64,000 nt of DNA from an uncultured delta proteobacterium (GCA_963834795.1 CAWIDL010000032.1:98979-162978); one strand, 5' to 3'. Counted from the stretch's first letter, positions 1 through 9,291 are shown. Made by a program: numbers and translations. Notes: generated by a model not told the origin, from the sequence alone.

Positions 1-1
1 C

Positions 2-151
2 CGGATGCAGCGAACCCAGAAGGCTGAAGAGATCGCCGCGAAAATGCCGGTAAAGATCCTGTTTCCCATGATGCTCTTTATCATGCCGGCCCTGTTCATC
101 GTCATCCTCGGGCCGGGAGCCCTCAGGATATCCAGAAACATTCTGAAATAG
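2..151 (+). CDS. C-terminal end of a TadB/TadC-type (type II secretion F family) pilus platform protein, 5' end outside window
   Basis: Frame 2 is open from the window edge to TAG at 149-151. The tail KILFPMMLFIMPALFIVILGPGALRISRNILK is a terminal TM segment. Pseudopilin genes follow directly, and the family call rests mainly on that context. Confidence 0.35.
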   Translation, partial: RMQRTQKAEEIAAKMPVKILFPMMLFIMPALFIVILGPGALRISRNILK

Positions 152-169
152 CTGGCGGGGAGCATCAAG

Positions 170-340
170 ATGCGGATTATCAAGGGCCTCATTTCATCCA
201 GGCAAAAGAAGGAAGCGGCAACCGCGCTCCCACCCCAAGGCCGGCCCCTCAGGAATTTCCTCCGCGGCAAGCGGGGGAGCATGCCCGTGGAGTCAGGTCT
301 GCTGGCGCCGATCTTAGGGAGCGGAATTGGTGCATTATGA
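170..340 (+). CDS. small Flp/TadE-type prepilin-like ORF (56 aa)
   Basis: ATG at 170; the TGA at 338-340 overlaps the next ATG (ATGA coupling). ...RGKRG/SMPVESGLLAPILGSGIGAL fits the prepilin peptidase motif G/xxxxE-x-GL. The ORF is shorter than the ORF-track cutoff. Confidence 0.3.
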   Translation: MRIIKGLISSRQKKEAATALPPQGRPLRNFLRGKRGSMPVESGLLAPILGSGIGAL

Positions 341-741
341 GGCGAATTCGACCCGGCCAGCGGCATTGGCAACAGGATTCCGAGGGTGGAGCGGCGGCGG
401 TGGAATTTGCCCTGGTTATTCCGGCCTTACTCTTGATTATCTGTGGGATCTTCGACTTTGGAAATTTATATTTTCAAATGGATATTGTTAACGAGGCGGC
501 CCGGCAAGGGGCGCGGTTGGCTGCTGTTAATGAGGAGACCTCTCAGCAAATTACCACAGCGCTTCAGACCACCTATGGCAACCAGTTAACTGTCAGCGAG
601 AGTCCAGCGTCCCCAACCTCCGGAAGTAACGTTACGGTCACAGTCACCAGCAATGTGACCATCATGACCCCGATAATTAGCGCCTTCTTCCCAAGTAATC
701 CCTACCCTGTAATAGGGACGTGCACTATGTACGTGGAATAG
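337..741 (+). CDS. tadE: TadE-like pseudopilin
   Basis: The N-terminus ...EGG/AAAVEFALVIPALLLIICGIFDFG shows the TadE/TadF signature (G/xxxxEF plus a hydrophobic helix). Confidence 0.7.
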   Translation: MRRIRPGQRHWQQDSEGGAAAVEFALVIPALLLIICGIFDFGNLYFQMDIVNEAARQGARLAAVNEETSQQITTALQTTYGNQLTVSESPASPTSGSNVTVTVTSNVTIMTPIISAFFPSNPYPVIGTCTMYVE

Positions 742-767
742 GTTCTCCTATAAAGGAGGGTCTTTTT

Positions 768-1853
768 ATGATAAAAAAATTCCGGAAAAACCAGGAAGGA
801 AGCGTGGGGTTATTGGTGGGAATAATGCTGCCGGTCCTGATTGGATTTCTCGGACTGGCCCTGGACGTGGGAAATCTGGTAATCGTCAGGACCCAAATGC
901 AAAACGCCGTGGACGCCGCGGTCTGTGCCGGCTGCTTACAATTAGCGCTGCCAATACCGACAGGCCAGGCCCAGGCAAAAACTGAGGCAAATTCTCTCCT
1001 CACCACTAATAAATTCTCCCCGACTAACGCTACGGTGACTTTTACTCAAGATGCCGCTAAAAATCCCGCTAATGCTCCGGAAACTAACTGCAGCCTGACC
1101 AATAATGTGCCAACATATTTCATGACTGTGTTGGGCATTTCAACTGTCAGTCTGACAGCATACGCAGAAGCCATATTGGTGAGTAAGCTGGAGAGTAATC
1201 CGGGCGGGCCTTTTAATTATACCATTTTCTCAAATACCAACTTAACAATTAACGGAACTGAAAAGATTCAGGGGTCGGCACATTCAAATGGCAAATTAAC
1301 TCTTAATGGAAGCCTTACTATTACACAAAGGGCCGAAGGTGCGCAGGGGGTAAATCTAAATGGTTCCATGAATGTAGGTTCTGTTGGCGCGGACACGCTG
1401 AAGGATATAAGCCAGAATGGTGTTAATATTCCAGAATATGGGGGCGTAACAAATATTTCCATGCCTGACTATACTCAGCAGATAATAGGTACTGCTGCTA
1501 CAACTTATAATACTGATCAAACATTTAATGGCAGCATGAATATAACCGGCAATATGTATGTAAATGGTAATGTGACAATAAACGGGCAGATTACTGATAC
1601 AGGAGCAATTTTGGCGACCGGCAATATAACTGTGAATGGCACGTCATCTATTAGCGGTTCCAACCAAGTCTTTCTCTATTCGTCAGGTGGCCAAATTACA
1701 ATTAATGGCCAGGATGGCTTTGGGAGTGGTACTTCAAGTGTAATCTGTTATGCTCCTTCTGCTAATGGTACGATAACCATTAATGGGACCTCTACTATAA
1801 ATGGACATGTAATAGGAAACGCTATTTCAATTAATGGGGGGGGAAGACATTGA
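768..1853 (+). CDS. TadG-like N-terminal domain protein with C-terminal N/G/T-rich beta-helix-like repeats
   Basis: AAGGAGGG RBS at 752-759, ATG at 768. SVGLLVGIMLPVLIGFLGLALDVGNLVIVRTQMQNAVDAA matches the TadG N-terminal motif. The C-terminal half consists of iterated NG(S/T)xxIxG units. Confidence 0.6.
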   Translation: MIKKFRKNQEGSVGLLVGIMLPVLIGFLGLALDVGNLVIVRTQMQNAVDAAVCAGCLQLALPIPTGQAQAKTEANSLLTTNKFSPTNATVTFTQDAAKNPANAPETNCSLTNNVPTYFMTVLGISTVSLTAYAEAILVSKLESNPGGPFNYTIFSNTNLTINGTEKIQGSAHSNGKLTLNGSLTITQRAEGAQGVNLNGSMNVGSVGADTLKDISQNGVNIPEYGGVTNISMPDYTQQIIGTAATTYNTDQTFNGSMNITGNMYVNGNVTINGQITDTGAILATGNITVNGTSSISGSNQVFLYSSGGQITINGQDGFGSGTSSVICYAPSANGTITINGTSTINGHVIGNAISINGGGRH

Positions 1854-2099
1854 TGGATTGGATTCTGGAAATGATTATCCGATAACGTCTGTAAACTTAG
1901 GTAGTCATGCAAAATTAATAAGTTAGACTCTTTACAGCCTCTTAGAATCTCCGAGGGAGATCGTCCCCAACCGGCCCGGAGCAACGCCGGATTAAAGTCT
2001 CCTTAGAGAGCGTACTTATGCGGAACTAATTTCGGGCTGTTGGCCGCGGTGAAGCTGGTGCTTTAAGCCGCTGACCGCTAATGTCAACGGGATATCTTT

Positions 2100-3233
2100 A
2101 TGGCTAACGTATTGATCATCGATGATAATGAGATGTTTTGTGAAATGCTCTCCCAAATGGTCACGGACCTGGGGCATCAGGTCTCCTACGTCCTCACCCT
2201 GGGAAAGGGCTTGGAAACCGCCATTTCCGGAAAATATGAGGTAATTTTTCTCGACGTGCAGTTGCCCGACGGCAACGGCTTGGAAATCCTCCCCAAGATT
2301 CGGGAGATCCCTGACAGCCCGGAAGTCATCATCATCACCGTGGCGGGGGACCAAAACGGCGCCGAGCTGGCCATGAAAAACGGCGCCTGGGACTATGTGG
2401 AAAAACAAGCCCCCATCAAACAGATGATGTTGCCCCTGGTGCGGGCCATTAAATATCAGGAGGAGAAAAAGGGCAGACGCCTTTTCCAGGAGGCCCAGCA
2501 ACCCAAGCCGGTAAAGATTATCGGATTCACCGGCGCCAAAGGCGGAGTCGGCACCAGCACGGTCGCCCTGAACATTGCCGCGGTGCTGGCCGGACAGAAC
2601 CACCAGGTGATCGCCGCGGAGCTCAAGTCCGGCCGGGGCACCTTCTCCCTGATGTTAAACCAAAATCCGGAGTCCAATCTGAAAGATTTGTTGGAGCTTG
2701 CGCCCGGTTCCCTGACCCCCACCGATTTATCACGGTTTCTCTACAATTCGTCCCCCGGTCTGCGACTCCTCTTCGGGCCGCAAAAGGCGGAGGATTTCAC
2801 CGAAATCGACCCCATCCGGGCTGCCGCCCTGATCCAGATGCTGGCGGGTTTGGCGAATTATGTCATCCTCGATTTGCCGGGCTACCCTTCTGAGGCCTTT
2901 GCCAGCGCCATCCGCCTTTGCAACTATGTAGTTCTGGTCAGCGAACGGGAGCAATTCTCGGTGCGCGCCGGCAAGACCCTGCTGGAATTATTCAAATCCT
3001 GGGGGCTGGGGGACGCCAATATCGGCGCGGTCATTACCAACCGTATCGTCCTGCCCATATCCATGAAACTGGAAAATATCAAAACGCACCTGAATTGCGA
3101 TATTCTCGGATCGGTGCCTTACTCCGTGGAAGCCTGCTCCATGTCCCAAATTTCCGGACAACCCATCGCCATCTTCCAACCCAATAATATCGCCGCCGTA
3201 GCCCTCATCGCCCTGGCCAACAGACTCGCTTAA
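2100..3233 (+). CDS. response-regulator receiver fused to a CpaE/TadZ-type ParA/MinD-like ATPase
   Basis: REC motifs are present: IIDDNE, FLDVQLPDGNG, IIITVAG, DYVEK. They are followed by a deviant Walker A, GAKGGVGTSTVALNIA. Confidence 0.8.
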   Translation: MANVLIIDDNEMFCEMLSQMVTDLGHQVSYVLTLGKGLETAISGKYEVIFLDVQLPDGNGLEILPKIREIPDSPEVIIITVAGDQNGAELAMKNGAWDYVEKQAPIKQMMLPLVRAIKYQEEKKGRRLFQEAQQPKPVKIIGFTGAKGGVGTSTVALNIAAVLAGQNHQVIAAELKSGRGTFSLMLNQNPESNLKDLLELAPGSLTPTDLSRFLYNSSPGLRLLFGPQKAEDFTEIDPIRAAALIQMLAGLANYVILDLPGYPSEAFASAIRLCNYVVLVSEREQFSVRAGKTLLELFKSWGLGDANIGAVITNRIVLPISMKLENIKTHLNCDILGSVPYSVEACSMSQISGQPIAIFQPNNIAAVALIALANRLA

Positions 3234-3433
3234 GGCAGCCTCTCACCGCTTATGCATCTCCCGCCATTTTTTTTGCTTGCCTTGCGAACCGTATCCAAAA
3301 AATAATTATTAGTCACCGCGCTCGCCATGGCGCCCGGGTGCTAAACGCCGCGAGCCGGATGATGGCAGGCTCCTTGCATGGTGCCTATAATTAATCTACA
3401 AAGACGTCAGTAATTGCTCACTGGGAACGGACC

Positions 3434-5440
3434 TTGAAACCAAAAAAATCCCTTGATCCTGCCAACCCGGTTGGCAAAGCTTCCCGCATTCTCCTGTTGC
3501 TGGCCGACCCGGAAACCCGGGCGCTCCTCAGGCAATGGCTGGCCCGGGATTATCACCTGGAAGTCCCCGAACAGGCGGTTCCGGAGCCCCCAGCCTTCGA
3601 TTTGGCCATACTGGACTCCCCTCATCTGGGACGCCCAGAAGGGGGGCTGGGGGAGCGGAAAAGATCCGAGCAACCGGTCTTTCTGCCCGTTCTCCTCATT
3701 GCCTCACCCGGGGACCCAATCCTGCGAAGGCCCCATCTCCCCGAAGGCGTGGATGAGATCATCCTGGCCCCCCTCAACAAATTCGAGTTGCGGGTGCGGG
3801 TGGCCAACCTGCTGCACACCCGGCGTCTTTCCAGGGTCTTGGAGGGCTACCGGGAGCATCCGCCAGGCCGGGTGGCGGCAGGCCCCGGGGAATTGGCCAG
3901 GGCCAATGAGGAGCAGGTCCTGAAGGGGAAGCTGCTGGACCTGGTCACTGAGCCCATCTATGTCTCCGATTATGAAGGCAATTTTATCTTGGTCAACGAA
4001 GCCGCCTGCCGAAGCCGCGGTTACAGCCGGGAAGAGTTAATGGGATTAAATTTGCAGCAGCTCATTACCCCGGAAATGGCCCGGAGCTGGCCTCAAAGAC
4101 TCAAGGAACTGCAGGGCAAGGGGGAACTCTTTTTCGAGTCCAGGTGCTTTTGCAAGGACGGTTCAGTCCTGCCTTTGGAAATCCACGCCCGGGTCATTGA
4201 CTTACAGGGCCGCAAAGTCATCCTCAGCGTCGCCCGGGACATCTCAGAACGTAAACGCAGCGCAGAGATCCAGGCCAAAATGGCGGCCCAATTTCACCAG
4301 GTGGCGAAGCTGGAGGCCCTGGGCACCTTTGCCGGCGGGATCGCCCACGAGTTCAACAATGTCCTCGGGGCCATGATAGGCTATCTGGAGCTGGCCTGCA
4401 TGACCCTGGACACAATGCCGGAGGCCGGGAAGATTATCAGTAAATTGGAAGCCTCCTTAAGGGCTGGGGACCGCGCCCGAGACCTGGTCAAACAGATTCT
4501 CGCCTTCAGCCGCCAAAATGAGCTGAAACCCAGGCCGCTGGAGATTCTGCCCATTGTCAAGGAGTCGCTTAAGCTGCTGCGGGCCTCCCTGCCCGCCACT
4601 ATTGAGATTCGCCAAAATCTGGCCCCTCAGTGCGGCCTGGTGCTGGCCGATCCGGTGCAGGTCAGCCAAATCTTGATGAATCTCAGCAGCAACGCCTTTG
4701 AAGCCATGCGGGAAACGGGCGGAGTTCTGCAAATCAGCCTGGAGCCGGTGCGCCTGGAGGCCGGTCCGGCCAAACCCGGCGTTGAGCTGAAATCCGGGCC
4801 GTACCTTAGACTCACCGTGAAGGACAGCGGTCGCGGCATGGATCAAAGGACCCTGGAGCGCATTTTCGATCCCTTGTTCACCACCAGGCCAATGGATGAG
4901 GACACCGGCTTAGGCCTGTCCGCAGTCCACGGCATTGTCCAGAGCCTGGGCGGCGCCATCGGGGTTTCCAGTGAGCTGGGGAAAGGCAGCGCCTTCCGGG
5001 TCTATCTCCCCATCCATCAGAGCCCCTCAGCCGCAGAAGCCCCCATGACCGGGCCCATCCCCCGGGGCACGGAGCATATCCTCCTGGTGGATGACGAAGC
5101 CGCCATCGTCCAGATCTGCAAGGAGTTTCTGCAAGGCCTGGGGTACCGGGTCACCGCCTTTACCAGCGGCCCCGAGGCCTTGGAAGAGTTCCAGGCTCAG
5201 CCGCAGGCCTTTGACCTGCTGATTACCGATTTGACCATGCCGTTGATGACCGGGCTCGACCTGGCTGAGGCCGCCCTTAAGCTACGCCCGGACCTCCTGG
5301 TTCTTCTTACCACCGGATACAGCGAGGCGAATATTAGCGCGAAGGCCCAGGAGATCGGAAACCTACAGTGCCTGCTGAAACCTCTGGTCTTGCGCCACCT
5401 GGGTTGGACCGTGCGGTGGCAATTGGATAGAAAGGCTTAG
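3434..5440 (+). CDS. hybrid sensor histidine kinase (receiver-like N-terminus, PAS, HisKA, HATPase_c, C-terminal receiver)
   Basis: H-box FAGGIAHEFNNVL, N-box NLSSNAFEA, G-boxes DSGRGM and GLGLS, and a C-terminal REC (ILLVDDE...ITDLTMP). The TTG start at 3434 is uncertain. Confidence 0.85.
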   Translation: MKPKKSLDPANPVGKASRILLLLADPETRALLRQWLARDYHLEVPEQAVPEPPAFDLAILDSPHLGRPEGGLGERKRSEQPVFLPVLLIASPGDPILRRPHLPEGVDEIILAPLNKFELRVRVANLLHTRRLSRVLEGYREHPPGRVAAGPGELARANEEQVLKGKLLDLVTEPIYVSDYEGNFILVNEAACRSRGYSREELMGLNLQQLITPEMARSWPQRLKELQGKGELFFESRCFCKDGSVLPLEIHARVIDLQGRKVILSVARDISERKRSAEIQAKMAAQFHQVAKLEALGTFAGGIAHEFNNVLGAMIGYLELACMTLDTMPEAGKIISKLEASLRAGDRARDLVKQILAFSRQNELKPRPLEILPIVKESLKLLRASLPATIEIRQNLAPQCGLVLADPVQVSQILMNLSSNAFEAMRETGGVLQISLEPVRLEAGPAKPGVELKSGPYLRLTVKDSGRGMDQRTLERIFDPLFTTRPMDEDTGLGLSAVHGIVQSLGGAIGVSSELGKGSAFRVYLPIHQSPSAAEAPMTGPIPRGTEHILLVDDEAAIVQICKEFLQGLGYRVTAFTSGPEALEEFQAQPQAFDLLITDLTMPLMTGLDLAEAALKLRPDLLVLLTTGYSEANISAKAQEIGNLQCLLKPLVLRHLGWTVRWQLDRKA

Positions 5441-5465
5441 ACCGGGACGGTAAGGCTGCCAAACA

Positions 5466-5602
5466 CTAGAAGCTATTGCAAAACCCCAGTCTGCCCAAAA
5501 ATGTCATTCTGAGCGAAGCGAAGAATCTCGTATTTTTAGTGACTTGAGATCCTTCACTTCGTTCAGGATGACAGTGAAATCAGGTTTTGCAATAGCTTCT
5601 AG
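5466..5602. repeat. MITE-like palindromic element, family 1 (full copy)
   Basis: Terminal inverted repeats ctagaagctattgcaaaacc / ggttttgcaatagcttctag flank the hairpin core gtcattctgagcgaagcgaagaatctc...gagatccttcacttcgttcaggatgac. The core recurs at 25002, 40163, 18047, 48284 and 54261. Confidence 0.8.
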
Positions 5603-5747
5603 CGCCTGGAATTATTGGCGGGGAAAACAATTCTCTTGTTAAAGAAGAAAAGAAGAAAAGAATTGTTGCGGAAGAAAATTCGACGGCGCCCTTGAAAAAA
5701 TTCCCGGCAAAGGACCCGGCAGCCGGCGCTGGCGGCGGGGTTTCGAG

Positions 5748-6305
5748 TTAACCCTGATTCCCGGCCACCAGCCGTTCCCGGAAGGTGTCCACGGCCCGGG
5801 GGATGAGCCTCCGGATGAACACCACCCGGTCCAAGTGGTTTAGACGGGTATAGGCCTGATAATCCGGGTGGTCCGTGGAGAGGCGGGGAATCTCCCGGGC
5901 AAATTCCACCTGCCGGCGCCAGGCCTCTTCCACGAGTTGGATGATGGGGCGCTCCCCCCCGGGGACCGCCTCCACCCAGCCCAGGCGGCGCATCAGCTCA
6001 AACCTCACCCGATCCACCAAGGCGAAGGCGGTATCCATAATCTTCAGCTTGACGGCGTATTCCAGGTCATCCAGACGGAAGCGCAGCGACCCGCCCAGGC
6101 CCCTGCTCCCCATGATTAGATCGAAAAAGACGTAGAGGTTCTCTTCCCCGGGGCTGGCCAGATACAGGAGGGTTGCAGGACTCAAATCCTCAAACCTGGT
6201 TTCGGGGCCGAATTGCTCATTAAAGCGGCCCAGCCAGGAACGGAAGCCGTGGTCCGCCGCCATCCTGGCCCGGAAGCGCTCCAGATCGATGACTTCAGCC
6301 ATCAT
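5748..6305 (-). CDS. hypothetical protein (about 185 aa)
   Basis: ORF-track frame with an ordinary amino-acid composition. The likely start MMAEV at 6305 overlaps the stop of the upstream pgsA-like gene (ATGATGGCTGA). No motif was recognised. Confidence 0.5.
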   Translation of the reverse strand: MMAEVIDLERFRARMAADHGFRSWLGRFNEQFGPETRFEDLSPATLLYLASPGEENLYVFFDLIMGSRGLGGSLRFRLDDLEYAVKLKIMDTAFALVDRVRFELMRRLGWVEAVPGGERPIIQLVEEAWRRQVEFAREIPRLSTDHPDYQAYTRLNHLDRVVFIRRLIPRAVDTFRERLVAGNQG

Positions 6306-6888
6306 TATCCTGCCGGTCCTCAGCCTGTTGGGACACCAGTTTGAGCCCCCCATAGATGTAGTGAATGCCGGAAAGGGCCGTGAGGCCGCCGGTGATATAA
6401 AAAAAGGCGGTCAAAATTCCAGGCGGCAGATGCCATAACTTGGCCTTTGCCAGCAACACCAGGCCCACAGTGAGCAACTGCACGGTGGTGGTCCATTTGC
6501 CAGCCAGGGACGGCTTGATCACCAGGGGATAATCCGTCAGGCGCAGGATCAACGCCCCCAGGCCCAGAATGACGTCCCGGCTGATGACCATCACCGTCAG
6601 CCAGGAGGGGATTAACCGGGAAATACTTAAGGTCACGAAACTGGTGGACATCAGGAGCTTATCCGCCAGGGGGTCCAGGTAGCTCCCCAGACGGGATTTC
6701 TGCTGCCACCAGCGGGCGATAAGGCCGTCCGCCAGGTCGCTCAACCCGGCCAGGATAAAGACGATCAGGGCCTGGCGATAGCGGCCCTCGATCAAAAAGA
6801 TGATGAATAACGGGGTAAGGAGAATGCGAGTAAGGGTGATGAGGTTGGGGATGGTTAAACGGGCTTGGGGAAGGGGCGGGGAAACCAT
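6295..6888 (-). CDS. pgsA: CDP-alcohol phosphatidyltransferase (PgsA-like)
   Basis: Contains the CDP-alcohol transferase motif DLADGLIARWWQQKSRLGSYLDPLADKL (D-G-x2-A-R-x8-G-x3-D-x3-D) and is a multi-TM protein. Confidence 0.75.
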   Translation of the reverse strand: MVSPPLPQARLTIPNLITLTRILLTPLFIIFLIEGRYRQALIVFILAGLSDLADGLIARWWQQKSRLGSYLDPLADKLLMSTSFVTLSISRLIPSWLTVMVISRDVILGLGALILRLTDYPLVIKPSLAGKWTTTVQLLTVGLVLLAKAKLWHLPPGILTAFFYITGGLTALSGIHYIYGGLKLVSQQAEDRQDNDG

Positions 6889-7269
6889 GATTGAGTTATG
6901 AGTTTCGAGTCTGGAGTTTCGATTTTGCAGTTTGGATTTTGGATTTTGCAGTATCCTAACATAGAAATGGACAGAAAACCAATGGTTTGAGGGGGCGGCG
7001 AATTTTTCCCGGTGAGCAGGTAAAAAAAACTGAATTTCGAATTTTCGATTATGGAAATTTAATCTGAGGCCGCGATGAGCCGAAAGACTGGGGTGGGTTT
7101 TCCCTTCGACTGTCCGCGAAAATATTATACATTATCAGCAGCTTTTTCCCGGATCTCCGGCTCCTTGCCAAACCACGTCCCCGGATCTTCCGGCGGCAGC
7201 CGGCAGGGGCAGGTTCCTGTAGGGTGCGCAGTGCGCACCCCACATAGCTGAAAGCTGAGAGCTATTGCC

Positions 7270-7719
7270 ATGCGGGCGGTGGTGCAACGGGTCAAAGAAG
7301 CCTGGGTTCGGGTGTCCGAAGAGGAAGTGGCCAGGATTGGGCAGGGCCTCCTGGTCCTGGCGGGGGTGGCGGCTGACGATGGCCCCGGCGATGTGGACTA
7401 TCTGGCTCAAAAGCTGGCCCATCTAAGGGTTTTTCCAGGGGCAGAGCGCCTCCTCAACTTATCCCTTCTGGACACCGGCTTCGAGGTGCTGCTGGTCTCC
7501 CAATTCACCATCCTGGGGGATTGCCGCAAGGGCCGCCGCCCCTCCTTTGCTGCGGCGGCGCCTCCGGAGCTGGCCGAAAGGCTCTACCAGGAGCTGGCCG
7601 CCAGGCTATCCGGCCACGGTCTAAGGGTGGCTACCGGCCGCTTCCGCCAGATGATGGAAGTGGGCCTCATCAACGACGGCCCGGTTACCCTGCTGCTGGA
7701 CAGCAAAAAAATCTTCTGA
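7270..7719 (+). CDS. dtd: D-aminoacyl-tRNA deacylase
   Basis: 149 aa. MRAVVQRV...LLVSQFTILGDCRKGRRPSF...NDGPVTLLLDS is typical of Dtd. Confidence 0.9.
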   Translation: MRAVVQRVKEAWVRVSEEEVARIGQGLLVLAGVAADDGPGDVDYLAQKLAHLRVFPGAERLLNLSLLDTGFEVLLVSQFTILGDCRKGRRPSFAAAAPPELAERLYQELAARLSGHGLRVATGRFRQMMEVGLINDGPVTLLLDSKKIF

Positions 7720-7872
7720 GGCACCGGGGGTTTGACAATATCGTGATTAGAACTATGGTGTTCCCAGGTTTAGCAACTGAGCTAGTGCGGAGGTCTGGCA
7801 GCTTCTTCCGGACTCCCGGCTCGAGCTTAGTACCCTATTTCATCAATCCGGTAACGTATTTATTAACATCGA

Positions 7873-7947
7873 GAGCAAGTGATTAATTCCCCCTCACCCT
7901 AACCCTCTCCCCCTCGAGGGGGAGAGGGGATAAAGAGCCAACCCTTG
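7873..7947. repeat. MITE-like repeat, family 2 (ccctcaccc / gagggggagaggg type)
   Basis: gagcaagtgattaattccccctcaccctaaccctctccccctcgagggggagagggg... An inverted copy at about 94% identity lies at 9110-9183. Related copies lie at 11015, 21971 and 61040. Confidence 0.75.
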
Positions 7948-8071
7948 CTCCCTTTCCCCCCGGCGGAGGGAGAGGGCTGGGGTGAGGGGGGGTCGGCAAG
8001 AAACGTTACCATATTTAAGAAATCAAGTACTTGGTTATTAACCGAAAACCAATAACCGAAAGCCGTTTGCT

Positions 8072-8734
8072 ATGCTGCCCATTTACTTGAAAGACCAGGA
8101 TTTTCCCCCTCCTGAGGAGCCCATCTACTACCTCCTCACCCGGCAGGGCCTCTTTCTGGTGAAACGCACCCCGTTCTTCCAGGCCGTGGTGCCCGCCGCC
8201 GGCATACCCTGGCTGGCTCCCCAGGAACCGGAGGTGCGCCTTTGCGGCCCCCCGTTGCCCGCGGGCCTGCTGCTCCAGGCGGTGGCTTTTTTCCGGGCGG
8301 TGTATTCCCGCCACCAGAGCGAAGCCGTAGCCCTGCTGGCCTGGCGGCAGGCCGGCCACTCCTATGAACTGGTCATCCCCCACCAGACCGTGGGGGGCGG
8401 CCATTGCGATTATCAGGTTCGGGATTTCCCCGCCGGCCATCGCCGCCTGGGTACCATCCACAGCCACGCCGGCCTTGAGGCCTTCCACTCGCAACGCGAC
8501 GAAGCCGACGAGCGCCACGAAGACGGCTTTCACCTCACCGTGGGCAACCTCGACGGCGACCTGAGCCTTGCTTGCTCCGTGGTAGTCCAGGGCTACCGCG
8601 GCTATCTGCCCCCGGAACACCTCATCTCCCCCTATCCCATCCCCTGGGCTGAGGCGCCACCGGCCGAGGATTGGGCCGGGGAGGTGGAGGACAAGGTAAC
8701 CCCCTTGCCCCGTCCCATCGAGTTCGGCGCCTGA
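8072..8734 (+). CDS. JAB/MPN (JAMM) metalloprotease-like protein, resembling PRTRC system protein A
   Basis: A conserved Glu in RHQSEAVALL plus HSHAGLEAFHSQRD gives an exact H-x-H-x7-S-x2-D JAMM motif. Preferred over the antisense ORF at 8015-8620. Confidence 0.7.
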   Translation: MLPIYLKDQDFPPPEEPIYYLLTRQGLFLVKRTPFFQAVVPAAGIPWLAPQEPEVRLCGPPLPAGLLLQAVAFFRAVYSRHQSEAVALLAWRQAGHSYELVIPHQTVGGGHCDYQVRDFPAGHRRLGTIHSHAGLEAFHSQRDEADERHEDGFHLTVGNLDGDLSLACSVVVQGYRGYLPPEHLISPYPIPWAEAPPAEDWAGEVEDKVTPLPRPIEFGA

Positions 8735-8739
8735 AGGGG

Positions 8740-9260
8740 CGGTTTGGCTTTTTTTGCTTTTTTCCCCTTTTTTGCTTTTTTTGCTTTTTTTGCTAGTGTA
8801 GCTTTCAGAGAAACCTTGAAAAAAGAAATTGCTTTTATCCCCTCCCCCTCCCCTCTCAGGGAGGGCGAGTTTTTAGGGCCAATATCAGTAGTGTCCGGCA
8901 GCAAAATTGCGTGAAGAAGCTTACACTATCATGCATTTAAACTCTAGACCATTGTAATTTCAATGATATCAACATATTATAGCGATGAAACCAAATCCCC
9001 TCTCCCCTGCGAGGGGACGACACCGGGTGAGGGGTGGCTTCGTCGCCCCTCCATTCCCCCTCACCCTTGCCCTCTCCCCGGTCCAAACAAGGGGGGAGAG
9101 GGAGCATTCCAAGGGTTGGCTCTTTTCCCCTTTCCCCCTCGAGGGGGAGAGGGTTAGGGTGAGGGGGAATTAATCACTTGCTCCCGCTGTTATATATTGG
9201 CCCTAAAAACTCCCCCTCCCTGAGAGGGAAGGGGGTTGGGGGGAGGGTGATAACGATACC
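8740..9260. repeat. nest of MITE-like repeats (family 2 variants plus a T-rich 9-mer tract) filling the JAB-ThiF spacer
   Basis: Contains the tract tttttttgc x several (8745-8800) and the inverted pairs ttagggccaatat (8872) / atattggccctaa (9197). Copy 9110-9183 is inverted relative to 7873-7947. Confidence 0.7.
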
Positions 9261-9291
9261 AGGGTCGGCGCCCGGAGAAACGGAACCTCAG

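Noticed and set aside
8963-9173. Short ORFs encoding PLSP/GEGG-type peptides (also 8632-8904, 21901-22128).
   Set aside because: They lie entirely within family 2 MITE copies and appear in both orientations. They are repeat-derived spurious frames.
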